A stretch of DNA of 61,991 nt from Chiloscyllium plagiosum (taxonomy: Eukaryota), in contig NW_025215381.1 in NCBI RefSeq assembly GCF_004010195.1, positions 1,357,450-1,419,440 on the forward strand, given 5' to 3'. The notes under the pieces are model-generated. The model was given only the letters and a program-made list of their open reading frames with translations. It did no database searches and had not been told where the DNA came from. The translations under genes were made by a program, and so were the position numbers. This document shows positions 13,278 through 25,949 of the stretch, one piece after another; the stretch's first letter is position 1; each line of letters starts with the position of its first letter.

Positions 13278-14591
13278 TATTGACTGGCAGTTGGTCAGAT
13301 TGAGCTGATTCAAGGATCGTTTTTACAAATGTGTTTGAACACAAACTTGAACACAATTCAGTTCAGGAAGTTGAGCTAATTTAAAGCAATTTGTACCCAA
13401 ATCATAATCACTCAGTAAACTCTCTCCACCCAGTCTCTGTGTGACTGATTGTCTCTGCAGGAGTCTCTCAGGGGAGAGACCATCTTTAGCTGTTTCATCA
13501 ATGCGTTCAGCAAGGCGTTCGATAAACTTCCCCACAGTAGGCTATTATACAAAATGTGGAGGAATGGGATTGTGGGAGACATAGCAGTTTGGATCAGTAA
13601 TTGGCTGGCTGAAAGAAAACAGAGGGTTGTAGTTGATGGAACATGTTCATCTTGGTGTCCAGTTACCAGCGGCGTACCGCAAGGGTCGGTGGGGGGTCCA
13701 CTGCTGTTCGTCATTTTTATAAATGACCCGGATGAGGGCTTAGAAGGGTTGGTTAGTAAATTTGCGGACGACACTAAGGTCGGTGGAGTTGTGGATAGTG
13801 ACGAAGGATGTAGTAGGTTGCAGAGAGACATAGATAGGATGCAGAGCTGGGCTGAGAGGTGGCAAATGGAGTTTAATGTGGACAAGTGTGATACACTTTG
13901 GCTGGAGTAATCGGAATGCAAAGTACTGGGCTAATGGTAAGATTCTTGGGAGTGCAGATGAGCAGAGAGATCTTGGTGTCCATGTACACAGATCCCTGAA
14001 AGTTGTCACACAGATTGACAGGGTTGTTAAGAAGGCATACAGTGTTTTGGCCTTTATTAATAGATGGATTGAGTTCCGGAACCAGGGAGTTATGCTGCAG
14101 CTGTACAAAGCTTTGGTACGGCCACACTTGGAGTATTGTGTACGGTTCTGGTCACTGCATTACAAGAAGGATATGGAAGATTTGGAAAGGGTGCAGAGGA
14201 GATTTACTGGGATGTTGCCTGGTATGGAGGAAAGGTCTTACGAGGAAAGGCTGAGGGCCTTGAGGCTGTTCTCGTTAGAGAGAAGAAGGTTGAGAGGTGA
14301 CTTAATGGAGACATATGAGATAATCAGAGGGTTAGATAGAGTGGACAGGGAGAGCCTTTTTCCAAGTATGGTGACGGCAAACATGAGGGGACACAACTTT
14401 AAAGCGAGGGGCGATAGGTGTAAGACAGATGTCAGAGGTAGTTTCTTTACTCAGAGAGTAGTAAGGGTATGGAATGCTTTGCCTGCAACGCTAGTAGATT
14501 TGCCAAGTTTAAGTGCATTTAAGTCGTCATTGGACAGGCATATGGACGTACATGGAATAGTGTAGGTGGGATGGGCTTCAGATTAGTATGA

Positions 14592-14793
14592 GGAGAAAGT
14601 GAGGACTGCAGATGCTGGAGATCAGAGCTGAAAATGTGTTGCTGGAAAAGCGCAGCAGGTCAGGCAGCATCCAAGGAGCAGGAGAATCGACGTTTCGGGC
14701 ATAAGCCCTTCTTCAGGAATGCCCGAAACGTCGATTCTCCTGCTCCTTGGATGCTGCCTGACCTGCTGCGCTTTTCCAGCAACACATTTTCAG
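14592..14793. mobile_element. Penelope-like family A fold-back mini-element with a hammerhead core
   Basis: Perfect 75-bp inverted arms (14628-14702 and 14719-14793); 15-bp TSD TTCAGATTAGTATGA at 14577 and 14794. Confidence 0.75.
14693..14716 (-). ncRNA. Minimal hammerhead ribozyme core, family A
   Basis: CTGAAGA A GGGC TTAT GCCC GAAA, followed by CGTC; identical core at 55822-55845. Confidence 0.6.
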
Positions 14794-14867
14794 TTCAGAT
14801 TAGTATGACAGGGCGGCGTAACATCGAGGGCCGAAGGATCTATATTGTGCTGGAATGTTCTATGTTA

Positions 14868-15700
14868 ATGACTTTCCTTCCATCAGAAGGTCAGGAGTCG
14901 GGATGTTCACCGATGACTGTGCAATGTTTCAGCACCATTCGCAATTCCTCGGATACTGAAGCAGTCCTTGTCCAAGTGCACAAGATCTGGACAAATATCC
15001 AGGCTTGGGCTGAGAAATGGCAAGTAACATTCGAGTCACACAAACGCCAGGCAATGACCATCTCCAACAAGAAAGAATCAAACCATTGGCCCTTGTCATT
15101 CAATGGCGTCACCATCACTGAATACCCACTATCAACATCCTGGGGTCTACCATTGACCAGAAACTCAACTGGACTAGTCATAGAAATACAGCGGCAACAA
15201 GATCAGGTCAGAGGCTGGGAAATCCTGCAACAAGTAACTCCCCTCCTGTCTCCACAAAGCCTGCCCATCATCTCCAAGGCACAAGACAGGAGGGTGAGGG
15301 AATACTCCCCACTTGCCCTCGACGGGGGCAGCCCCAACAACCCTCAAGAGGCTTGACACCATCCAGGACAAAGCAGCCCTGGCTAGATTGGCACCACATC
15401 CACAAGTGTCTACACCCTTCACCCCCGACGCTCTGTAGCCGCAGTGAGTACCATCTACAAGATGCGCTTCAGTCATACACTCCTCAGACAGCACCTTCCA
15501 AGCTTTCCTGCCCAGAAGGACAAGTGCAGCGGATAGTTGGGAACACCAGCCCCTCCATGCTGCTCACCATCCTGAATACCCTCCCTAACCTGCAGCGGTT
15601 CAAGAAGGTAGCTCACCCCCATCTTCTGAAGGGCAACTAGGGACGGGCACTAAATGCTGGCCCAGCCAACGACGTCCATATCCCACAAGTGAATAGAAAA
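14868..15700 (+). mobile_element. Older CR1/L2-group LINE 3' part whose tail is shared with Deu-SINEs
   Basis: Degenerate F(A)DDCT RT motif, IQAWAEKWQVTF, tail aaatgctggcccagcc...cccacaagtgaat. Confidence 0.7.
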
Positions 15701-15949
15701 AAGGGCATAGATCAGGTAAGCGCATAGACAGGGTAGACAGGAAGGGGCATTTCCGCTTAGTGGCATCACAGACGGGGTCAGTAACTGGGGCATAGACTTG
15801 AGATAAGGAGCAGAAGGTTTGCTTGGGAATGACAGTCTGCCAAAAAGCAACCATCTAATGACTCTAATCGCGTTTTCCAGCATTTGGCCCATAGCCGTGT
15901 GTGCTTTGACACCACACACCCATGTCTAAACAGGACTTCAATATCTGAC

Positions 15950-16975
15950 TTGATTTATTATTGTCGCGTGTGCTGAGACTGAGTGATAAGATTTGTTTGC
16001 GGGCTCTCCAGGCAAGTCATACCTTACACAAGTACATCAGGGGAACAGAGCACAGTCCGACAGCTACAGGGAAGGTGCAGAGCACAATCAGCTCCTAAAT
16101 AAGAAAGGTCCGTTCAGAAACCTGATAACAGCAAGGAGGAAGCTGTTCTTGAATCTGTCGGTACGTGTTTTCAAACTTTTGTATCTTCTGCCAACTGAAG
16201 AGGGTGGAGAGAGTATAACCGGACTGAGAGGGGTCTTTGATTATGTTTGGAGGCGAGATTGGTTGGAATAATGGCATTGGAGGCAGAGCTAAAGTCAATA
16301 AATAGGATGTAGGTGTCCTTATTATCCAGATGAGTGTAGGGCCCAGGAGCTGGTATCTGCCATAGACTTATTGTGACGGTAGGTGAATTGTAGCAGGTCA
16401 AGGCAAACTGGGAGGCTGGAGTTGGTGTGCGCCATTACTGACCTCTGGAAGCACTTCATAATGATGGAGGTCAGAGCCACCAGGCGGTAGTTGTCCAGGC
16501 ACATTGCCTGACCTTTCTTTGGCACCGAAATGACAGTGGTCTCCTGGAAGTCAGTGGAACCTCACATCATCGTACGGAGAGGTTAACGGTCCCTGCAAAT
16601 ACTCACGCGAGCTGGTCCGTGCAGGATCTGAGTGCACAGCCAGGGATTTCAACCGGGCCGGTCTGTCTGGGGTGGGGTTCACTCTCAGGAAGGCCGATCT
16701 GACGTCTGTGGCAGTGACTGTGGAAGGGGACAGCATTTCGCTGAGCTTCTGTTCCATGGAATGGATTGAGTTCACTGGGGAGGGATGCCCTGTCATCAGC
16801 AATTCGACTTGACTTTGCATATCGTCAGTGTGCATTTGTGTGGTCAGTCTGCTATTGTCTCTCAACGTCCCCAATGGCTTTGCAAAGATCGCACCGAGAT
16901 TTCCGTGAGGGCCAGGGTCATCCAACTTGAATGCCTCAGATTTCACAAGGAAGTAGATTTCCCAGTTCCTCCCTG
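15950..16975 (-). mobile_element. Rex1/Babar-type LINE, decayed
   Basis: CLDNYRLVALTSIIMKCF and HLDNKDTYILFIDFSSA motifs. Confidence 0.75.
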
Positions 16976-17109
16976 ATTTGCAACTGGGGGGGGGGGGGGA
17001 CACTAACTTCTTTCACATGCAGTCCTCTGTTAGGAGAGCTTCCACCTCGATAAGCAGCAAGTTCCAGTTTCCCATAATCCTCTGGGTGAAAACCATTCCC
17101 TCACATTTA

Positions 17110-17435
17110 GGGGAAGCGATGGCCTAGTGGTATTTATCACTGGGGTGTTAACCCAGAAACTCCAGTTATGTTCTGGGGACCCGGGCACTTAGTGGAATTT
17201 GAATTTATATTTTAAAAATCTGGAATTAAAGATGACCATGGAACTGTTGCTGATTGTCTGAGAACCCATCTGGCTCACTAATGCCCTTTTAGGGAAAAGG
17301 AAATCCGCCATCTTTACCCAGTCTGGCCTACATGTGACTCCAGACCTTCAGCAACATAGCCGACTCTTATTATCCTCTTGAGCAAAAAATACTGGCCTAG
17401 CCAATGATGCCCTCATCCTGTGAATGAATAAAATA
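17110..17435 (+). mobile_element. Deu-domain SINE (SacSINE1-like)
   Basis: tRNA-like head; central aacccatctggctcactaatgcccttttagggaaaaggaaa Deu-like core; LINE tail matching 15640-15700. Confidence 0.7.
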
Positions 17436-17559
17436 ACAGGTCTCCTCGACCTGGCAAGCTACACGTCATCTGATGACATCAACGCAGAGATTCAACGTCA
17501 CAGGGGGTTGGCAAACATTGACATCAGACACCCAAGGTTGGCGAGTTTTCAATGATCAG

Positions 17560-18030
17560 GACATGATACCGAGTGCTGGTACCAAGATGCTTCAAGCTCT
17601 TCTATCGGACTCTGAAACTTGGCCTCCACACAGATGCCACCTCATGCCACTTGAGAAGTAGCGTCAATGCTGTTGGCGACAGATTCTCGGCACCAGCTGA
17701 TGGGAGAGGTGTACTAACATCAGCCATCCTTGAAATAGCCCACACCACCAGCGAGGATCGTCCAAAACTAACTGCGCTGGGCCAGTCTTGTGCTGCTGCC
17801 TGAATTCCGATCAGCAAAACAGACCATCTTTGCCCAGATCAAGGCAGGCACTGGAACAAGAGGACCGCAAAGGAAGCATTTCAAAGACTTCCTTAAGAAA
17901 TTATTCCTGATGAAGGGCTCTTGCCCGAAACGTTGACCCTTCTGCTCCTCGGATGCTGCCTGACCTGCTGTGCCTTTCCAGCGCCACTCTCTCGACTTAA
18001 GAAATGCAATACCAATGTCAACCTGATGTT
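17560..18030 (+). mobile_element. RTE-clade LINE C-terminal remnant, with a family A mini-element at 17902-17995
   Basis: Decayed SETW...LRWA...RKHFKD motifs; insert flanked by a CTTAAGAAAT TSD. Confidence 0.55.
17907..17930 (+). ncRNA. Minimal hammerhead ribozyme core, family A
   Basis: CTGATGA A GGGC TCTT GCCC GAAA, followed by CGTT. Confidence 0.6.
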
Positions 18031-18065
18031 CAGAAGAAATTGATGTTTTTTTTCAGATTAGATTA

Positions 18066-18625
18066 GTGGCTAAGTGGTTAGCTCTGCTACCTCACAGCAC
18101 CAGTGTCTCATATTCGATTCCAGCCTCGGGCGACTGTCTGTGTGGGTTTCCTCCCACGGTCCAAAGATGTGTAGGTTAGGGTGGATTGGCCATGCTAAGT
18201 TGCCCCATAGTGCTAGGTGCATTAATCAGAGGGAAATGGGTCGGGGTGGATTACTCTTTGGAGGGTCGGTGTGGACTTGTTGGGCTGAAGGGCCTGTTTG
18301 CACACTGGAGGGAATCTAAAGATTCCCTCCAGTGTGCAAACAGGCCCTTCAGCCCAACAAGTCCACACCGACCCTCCAAAGAGTGACCCACCCAGACCAG
18401 TTTCCCCTATCCTATATTTACCCCTGACTAATGCACCTAACATGTAAATTAGCATGACCAATTCACCCTGACCTGCACATCGTTGGATGGTGAAAGGAAA
18501 CTGGAGCAAACCCACACAGACACGGGGAGAATGTGCAAAGTCCACACAGACAGTCGCCCGAGGCTGGAATCGAACCCCAGTCCCTGGCGCTGGGAGGCAG
18601 CAGTGCTAACCACTGAGCCACTGTG
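18066..18625. mobile_element. Tail-to-tail pair of HE1-type SINEs (+ 18066-18317, - 18320-18625)
   Basis: Both SINE bodies are visible; perfect 65-bp central palindrome. Confidence 0.88.
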
Positions 18626-20309
18626 TCTTGAAGGAAGCTCGGGGATGAGGGGACAATTCTTTGAGACCACCCGCTGGCAGGAGAAAGTTTGGAAGAGGAA
18701 TCTGAGAAAGGAACACCAGCATTTTTCAGGTTTATTTCATGCTTGACAAAAAGTGATGATGAGTATGCAGACCGATCGCTCGATGTTGGCATTAAGTTGC
18801 CCAACAGCCAAAAGATTACAATCTCTTCCAACGGGAGGGGGAGAAGGCAATAGCTAGTGGGGATAAGGGGCTCTGTTACAGGTTGGTGGCCTGTACTTAT
18901 TGAGGACCCAGTGCTAGGATCACAACTATTTACAATAAATGACTTGGATCGAAGAAGCGAATTTTGCCGATGTCAAAAATAGGTGGAAGGGCAGGTTGAG
19001 AGGGGGTTTACAACAAACAGTTTACAGAGAAATAGCGATACGGACAACAAGTTGACCAATGGTGTGTAATGTGGGAAAATGGAGGAATTGCCTGATGAGC
19101 AAAGTTTGAGGAAGTCAGGACTGTATTCATTCGAGAATGAGAGGCGATTGTATAGGTTACGGAGTTCGGGGGGGGGTGGGGGGGGGAGGGAATAAAGAAA
19201 ATCAGGAAAGCGGGCTGAGGAATGTCCGATCAACCATGATCCTATTGAATGGCAGAGCAAGCTCGAGGGGCTGAATGGCCTCCTCCTCATACCATTCCTT
19301 CTAGCCTCAGGCTGTTGAAGCTAAGACCCGACCTGGTGTGGGCCTGTGGCAAATTAGTTTAACTACTTTGGACAAAACCTAACAAAGTACAACCAAAACC
19401 CCAAAAGGGAGTGCCTGTGTGATTGAGAGTAGTTTGGTGCGATAGCAGGAGGGAGTGGGTAAAGCCAGCCAGATGTTAGGAATCCAATCTTGTGAACCTC
19501 CTCTGGACTGACCTCACTGCCTTAGGTATATCTCTCCTCAGGTCAGGGGCCCAGAAAAGTTCATAAGTGGCTACAGGTAACACGATGCAAATTGATTACA
19601 AACAGAAAGGTGCAAGTGGTGTAGATTTTAGACACTGCCTTACCTGTGTGGGCTTTGCAATCAAAGATCAGAAAACCAAATTGATTTCTAATCATGGGGC
19701 GTTGACTCTGTTGGCTGGGTCAGCACCCCATCCTTCTTCAGCAGTGAAGAGGCAACATTAATGAGGCTGTAATCACCAAGACTGGCTGTGGTCCCTCCAT
19801 TTAAAAAGGACGGTGACTAAGATGGGTTTTACAACAACCATCTAGTCATGAGGCTAACTTTCAGACTTTTACTGAATCTGAATTTCACCAACTGCGATGG
19901 TGAACACGTTCATACAATATGGGAGCAGAATGAGGCCGTTTAGCCCATCGAGTCTGCTTGTCACTCCAACAAGGCTGATATGCTCCTCACCCCCTTCTCT
20001 CCATATCCCTTCAACCCATTACCAATTATAATTCTGTCAAACGCCTCCTTAAAACGTGCTCACTGTCCCAGCATCCACCGCACTTTGGGGTAGCAAATTC
20101 CACAGATTCACAACTCTTTGGGAGAAAGAGTTGAGGAGAATCGGTTTTAAATTTGCTACCCTCTTATCCCAAGACTGCGACCTTTCGACCTAGAATGCCC
20201 ACAAGAGGAAGCATCCGCTCCCCATCTATTTTATCCACACGTTTTATCATCTCGAATACCTCAACATGACCTGCCCTCATGGCACCAGAACATTAGCCAA
20301 GAACTAATG

Positions 20310-20614
20310 TGGGTGGCACGGTGGTTAGCACTGCTGCCTCACAGCGCCAGAGACCCGGGTTCAATTCCCGCCTCAGGCGACTGACTGTGTGGAGTTTGCA
20401 CGTTCTCCCCCGTGTCTGCGTGGGTTTCCTCCGGGTGCTCCGGTTTCCTCCCACAGTCCAAAGATGTGCAGGTCAGGTGAATTGGCCATGCTAAATTGCT
20501 CGTAGTGTTAGGTAAGGGGTAGATGTAGGGGTATGGGTGGGTTGCGCTTCGGCGGGTCGGTGTGGAATTGTTGGGCCGAAGGGCCTGTTTCCACACTGTA
20601 AGTAATCTAATCTA
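20310..20614 (+). mobile_element. HE1-type SINE, near consensus
   Basis: Nearly identical to 2656-2967. Confidence 0.92.
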
Positions 20615-20639
20615 AACTCTTAGATCCATTAGACAATCC

Positions 20640-23505
20640 ATAGACCTGGTGTTGGGGAATGAGCCAGGCTAGGTGGCAGAAGTTGCAGTGGGAGATTTAT
20701 TTGGGAATAGTGACCACAATTCTGTAAGGCTTAGAATACTCGTAGACAAAGATGAGTGTGGTCCTAAGGGACAAGTATGAAACTGGGCCAAGGCCAATTA
20801 TATCAAAATTAGGCAGGAGCTGGGAGATGTGGATTGGGGGCAGCTATTTGAAGTGAAGTCCACATTTGAGATGTGGACGCTTTCAAAGATAGTACAGGTT
20901 AGGCATGAAAACCAGGGATAGGAAAGGCAAGATTTGATGACAGGAGAAATCATACAACTAGCTAAGAGGAAAAGGGAAACATACATAAGGTCCAGGCAGT
21001 TAAGAACAAAACAGACCCTGGAGGAATATCGGAAGAGTAGGACCAATCTTAAACGATGAACCAAGCAGGCTAAAAGGGGTCATGACATAACTTTAGCAAG
21101 CAGAATTAAGGAGAATCCCAAGGCCTTTTATTCATATATAAGCAGCAAGAGGGTAACTAGAGAAAGGGTTGGTCCACTAAAGGATAAGGAGAAGGAAGGA
21201 AGGCGGTGTGTGAGTGAGATTAGATTATTTAGTGTGGAAACAGGCCCTTCGGCCCAACAAGTCCACACCGCGCCTCCGAAGAGCAACCCAGCCAGACCCA
21301 TTCCTCAACATTTACCCCTTCACCTAACACTACAAGCAATTTAGCATGGCCAATCCACCCTGACCTGCACATCTTTGGACTGTGGGAGAAAACCGGAGCA
21401 CCCGGAGGGAACTCACGCAGACACGGGTGAGGATGTGCAAACTCCACACAGTCAGTTGCCCGAGGCAGGAATTGAACCCAGGTCTCTGGCGCTGTGAGGC
21501 AGCAGTGCTAACCACTGTGTCACCGTGCTGGCCAATGATTCTCAATGGTTACTTTACAGTGTTCACGGAGGTGAAAATGTGTTGCTGGAAAAGCGCAGGT
21601 CAGGCAGCATCCAAGGAACAGGAGAATCGACATTTCGGGCATAAGCCTTTCTTCAGGAATACCGAAACGTCGATTCTCCTGTTCCTTTGATGCTGCCTGA
21701 CCTGCTGTGCTTTTCCGCCAACACATTTTCAGCTCTGATCTCCAGCCCTCACTTTCTCCTTGAAGTGTTCACTGAGGAACAATAGGTGATGAATGCTGAG
21801 ATTAGAGATAGAAGTTTGTTTACTCTGGATCATGTTGACATAAGGAGGGAAGATGTATTGGGTAGGTTAAAGGATATTAAGGTGGACAAATCCCCAAGAC
21901 CGGATGGGATCTATCCCAGGATGCTGAGGGAGGCGAGAGAGGAAATAGCTGGGGCCCTGACAGATATCTTTGTGGCATCCTTAAATACAGTGAGGTGCCG
22001 GAGGACTGCTTCTGTTGTCCTCCTGTACAAGAAGAGTAGTAGGGATATTCTGGGTAACTACAGAGCACTGAGCCTGACGTCAGTGGTGGGAAAGTTGCTG
22101 GAGAAGGTACTGAGGGATAGGATTTATTTATATTTGGAAAAGAATGGGCTTATCAGTGATAGGCAACATGGTTTTGTGCGGGGGAGATCCTGCCTTACCA
22201 ACTTAGAGCTCTTTGAGGAAGTGACCAAGTTGATAGATGAAGGAAGGGCTATAGATGTCATATACATGGACTTTAGTAAGGTGTTTGATAAGGTTCCCCA
22301 TTGTAGAGTAATGGAGAAAGTGAAGTCACATGGTGTGCAGGGTGTTCTAGCNNNNNNNNNNNNNNNNNNNNNNNNNNNNNNNNNNNNNNNNNNNNNNNNN
22401 NNNNNNNNNNNCAGACAAATGTGAGGTGATGCATTTTGGGAAGTCTAATTCTAGAGCGAACGATACTGTAAACAGAAGAGCCTTGGGAAAAGTTGATGAG
22501 CAGAGAGATCTGGGAGTTCACGTCCATTGTACCCTGAAGGTGGCTGCACAGGTGGATAGAGTGGTCAAGGCGGCGTATGATATGCTTGTCTTCATCGGAC
22601 GGTGTATTGAATATAAGAGCTGGCAGGTCATGTTAAAATTGTACACGACATTGGTTCGGCCCCATTTAGAATGCTGTGGGATTTAGTTCTGGTCACCACA
22701 TTACCAAAAGGATGTGGATGCTTTGGAGAATGTGCAGAGAAGGTTTACGAGGATGTTGCCTGGTATGGAAGGTGCTAGCTATGAAGTGAGGTTGAGTATA
22801 TTAGATTACATAGTGTGGAAACAGGCCCTTCGGCCCAACAAGTCCACACCGACCCACCGAATTGTAACCCACCCATTCCTGTACATTTACCCCTTCACTT
22901 AACACTACGGGCAATTTAGCGTGGCCAATTCACCTGACCCTGCACATCTTTGGACTGTGGGAGGAAACCCACGCAGACACGGGGAGAATGTGCAAACTCC
23001 ACACAGACAGTCAGTCACCTGAGTCGGGAATTGAACCCGGTACTCTGGCGCTGAGAGGCAGCAGTACTAACCACTGTGCCACCATGCTGCCCCGTTAGGA
23101 TTGTTTTCATTAGAAAAAAGGAGATTGAGGGGGGAACCTGACTGAGGGTTACAAAATCGCGATGGACATAGACAGGGTGGATAGAAATAAGCTTTTCCCC
23201 CAGGATGAAGGATTCAACAACAAGAGGTCACACTTTCAAGCCGAGAGATGAAAAGTTTAAGGGGGATACACATAGCAAGTAGTTTACACAGAGGGTGGTG
23301 GGCATCTGGAATGCATTGACAGCAGAGATGGTAGAGGCAGGGACAGTAGATTCATTTAAGATGCATCTGGACAGATGCATGAGGAGGTGGGGAGCAGAGG
23401 GATACAGATCCTTAGGAATTGGGTGATAGGTTTAGACAGTAGATTTGGATCAGCTCAGGCCTAGTGGGCCGAAGGGCCTGTTCCTGGGCTGTAAATTGTT
23501 CTCTT
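20640..23505 (+). mobile_element. CR1 LINE ORF2 with nested insertions
   Basis: ORFs 21786..22424 and 22426..22686 (PDGIYPR, DFSKVFDKVPH). Nested: SINEs at 21217-21531 and 22801-23093 (minus) and a family A fold-back at 21572-21763 (14-bp TSD, one mismatch). Confidence 0.88.
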
Positions 23506-24231
23506 TGTAGCAGAGCACATACCTCCCATTCTGGGGTTAATAACATCCATCAAACCTTGCTACACGCAAGTGCTAAACGTTGAACATCTCTTGAGGAATC
23601 ACAGCCCTGAATGAAATAGAAACTGATACATACAGACTCCTGAATAGGCCCCAGTGGGGGAGCTTCCAGCCTTTGGAAAGCTAAACGTTAACCCTTCTGG
23701 TTCTGGGGGCGTTTCCAAAGCAATCTAACCTGGTGGTAACACCACAGTCAGACTACAGGTTAACAAGCCTGGCTCATATGGACTTCCGCCTGTTCCTCTG
23801 GAAGCAGCGAGAGGTTGCCCGAAAATTGGCCCAAGTCTCGGAACACCCTTATTGTACAGTTGCCAGCTTGAAGGACCGGTGCAACATGACCTTCAGCCAT
23901 CTGTACCTACTGGGACTTCAAGTACTGGAGGAGCCCTCATGAGATTCGGATTCACATTAAACATTAAAAGTGAGTATAAATATTTAAACAAGTGCAAAAC
24001 GTTTTCCGATTCCCTTGTACTGAAACTGAAGGTCAACTGGGTACGAGTAGGAGAATATTAATTTAAAACTGGAATTAGCTGTGGGTCTCTTTTAAAATTG
24101 ACACTAAAGTGACTCAGACACCACGACCTACTTGAAGTTAAGCTATCCTGGTTACAGGGGGAGGTCAGATCTCCAGCACTGAAAAGGTCCGAGGCCATTG
24201 AGTCTACATTGGTCAAAAACCAGTACCTACA

Positions 24232-24573
24232 TAGTCATAGATTCCTACAGTGTGGAAACAAGCCCTTCGGCCCAACAAGTCCACACTGACCCGTTGAACA
24301 GCATCCCACCCAAACCCATTCCCTTATTACTCTACATTTACCCCTGACTAATCCACCCTAACCTACATCCCTGAACACTATGGGGTAATTTAGCACGGCC
24401 AAACCACCCTGACCTGCACATCTTTGGACTGTGGGAGGAAACCAGAGCACCCGGAGGAAACCCACGCAGACACGGGGAGAACGTGCAAACTCCAGTCAGT
24501 CGCCCGAGACTGGAATTGAACCTGGGTCCCTGGTGCTATGAGGCAGCAGTGCTAACCACTGAGCTACTGTGCC
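24232..24573 (-). mobile_element. HE1-type SINE
   Basis: Reverse-complement SINE body and head. Confidence 0.88.
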
Positions 24574-25013
24574 GCTCACAAGTAGGTGAAATCCAATCTT
24601 CACATGGAAGAGCCCCTCTGTTGTGTTGGCTGGTACTGGGATAGCCTTCAAAACAGATCCACTTCCTCAAGGCTGAGCAATGATGGCCCATAGTGCCCCA
24701 ACAGCAGCAGAATCTTACTCTGATCTGCAACCTCTCTGGTATATACCCTCCAGCTTAATGGTAATGGGAGAAAAAAAAACAATCCCAATTGAAGAGGAGA
24801 ATGCAGGAAGATACACCAGGAACAGCATTAAGCACAACCTCACTTTAGGAACGTCAAGCTGCAATACTTACATGGCAAGATGGAAGTTAAAAGCTCCAGA
24901 GGGTTTTTTTTTAAAACATATATTAAAGTAAAAAGAATACAGAGACAGGATAGGACCCCTCAAGGATCATATCTGTGTCGCACTGCAAATGAGGGGTCAA
25001 TGAATATTTTTTA

Positions 25014-25311
25014 AGATTAGATTACTTAGTGTGGAAACAGGCCCTTCGGCCCAACAAGTCCACACCGACCCGCCGAAGCGTAACCCACCCATACCCCTAC
25101 ATTTACCCCTTACCTAACACTACAGGCAATTTAGTATGGCCAATTCACCTGACCCTGCACATCTTTGGATGGTGGGAGGAAACCGGAGCACCCGGAGGAA
25201 ACCCACGCAGACACGGGGAGAATGGCGACTGTGTGGAGTTTGCACAGAGGCTGGAATTGAACCTGGGTCTCTGGCGCTGCGAGGCAGCAGTGCTAACCAC
25301 TGTGCCACCCA
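25014..25311 (-). mobile_element. HE1-type SINE with an internal micro-inversion
   Basis: Near consensus except the inverted segment at 25225-25245. Confidence 0.9.
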
Positions 25312-25523
25312 CACGGCCCATGTTTACTGTGGAGAAAGACATTAAGACTTGGAGGAAGTTAGTGGTGATACCTTGGGGACAGCCCATGTCACAGTAGAGG
25401 GGGTGTTGGACGTGTTAGAACATTACGAACAGCGGACTAAACCCAGACCCAAGCTCTGCAATCCAACCTCATGCAGCGTGGAACAAAATCACTGAAGGTA
25501 GAGGCTTCATTGATCACCACGAT

Positions 25524-25828
25524 CAGATTACTTAGTGTGGAAACAGGCCCTTCGGCCCAACAAGTCCACACCGTCCCTCCGAAGAGCAACCCACCCAGAC
25601 CCATTCCTCTACATTTACCCCTTCACCCAACACTATGGCCATGCTAAATTGCCTGATTCACCCTAACCTGCACATCTTTGGACTGTGGGAGGAAACCGGA
25701 GCACCCAGAGGAAACCCATGCAGACACAGGGCGAATGAACGAATGACTGTGTGGAGTTTGCAGAGTCTCCTGAGGCGGGAATTGAACCCGGGTCAATGGC
25801 GCTGTGAGGCAGCAGTGCTAACCACTGT
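25524..25828 (-). mobile_element. HE1-type SINE with two micro-inversions
   Basis: Inverted segments at 25636-25653 and about 25745-25762. Confidence 0.88.
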
Positions 25829-25949
25829 TGCACGCATGACGACAATCTCAGCATTAGAAAAAAAACTAGGCTGAATAGATGGCTACCAGTTTAGTAATCA
25901 AGGAAGTGAAGTGGTCAATACTGTCAAGACCACAGGTCCCAGTAAAGAG

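Larger units (their letters stand above)
13492..14867 (+). mobile_element. CR1 LINE, 5'-truncated RT to 3' end
   Basis: ORFs 13449..13910 and 13876..14565 (FSKAFDK, GVPQGS, FADDTK); ends in gttctatgtt. Confidence 0.92.

Noticed and set aside
12562..13356. 264-aa and 193-aa ORFs with 10-residue repeats (EHYSTVQALI / MFYKGLYCAV)
   Set aside because: A by-product of the 30-bp minisatellite; open on both strands and lacking gene context.
14634..15356. 240-aa ORF starting MCCWKSAAGQAASKEQ
   Set aside because: Runs across a fold-back mini-element, a CR1 tail and another LINE; no coherent protein.
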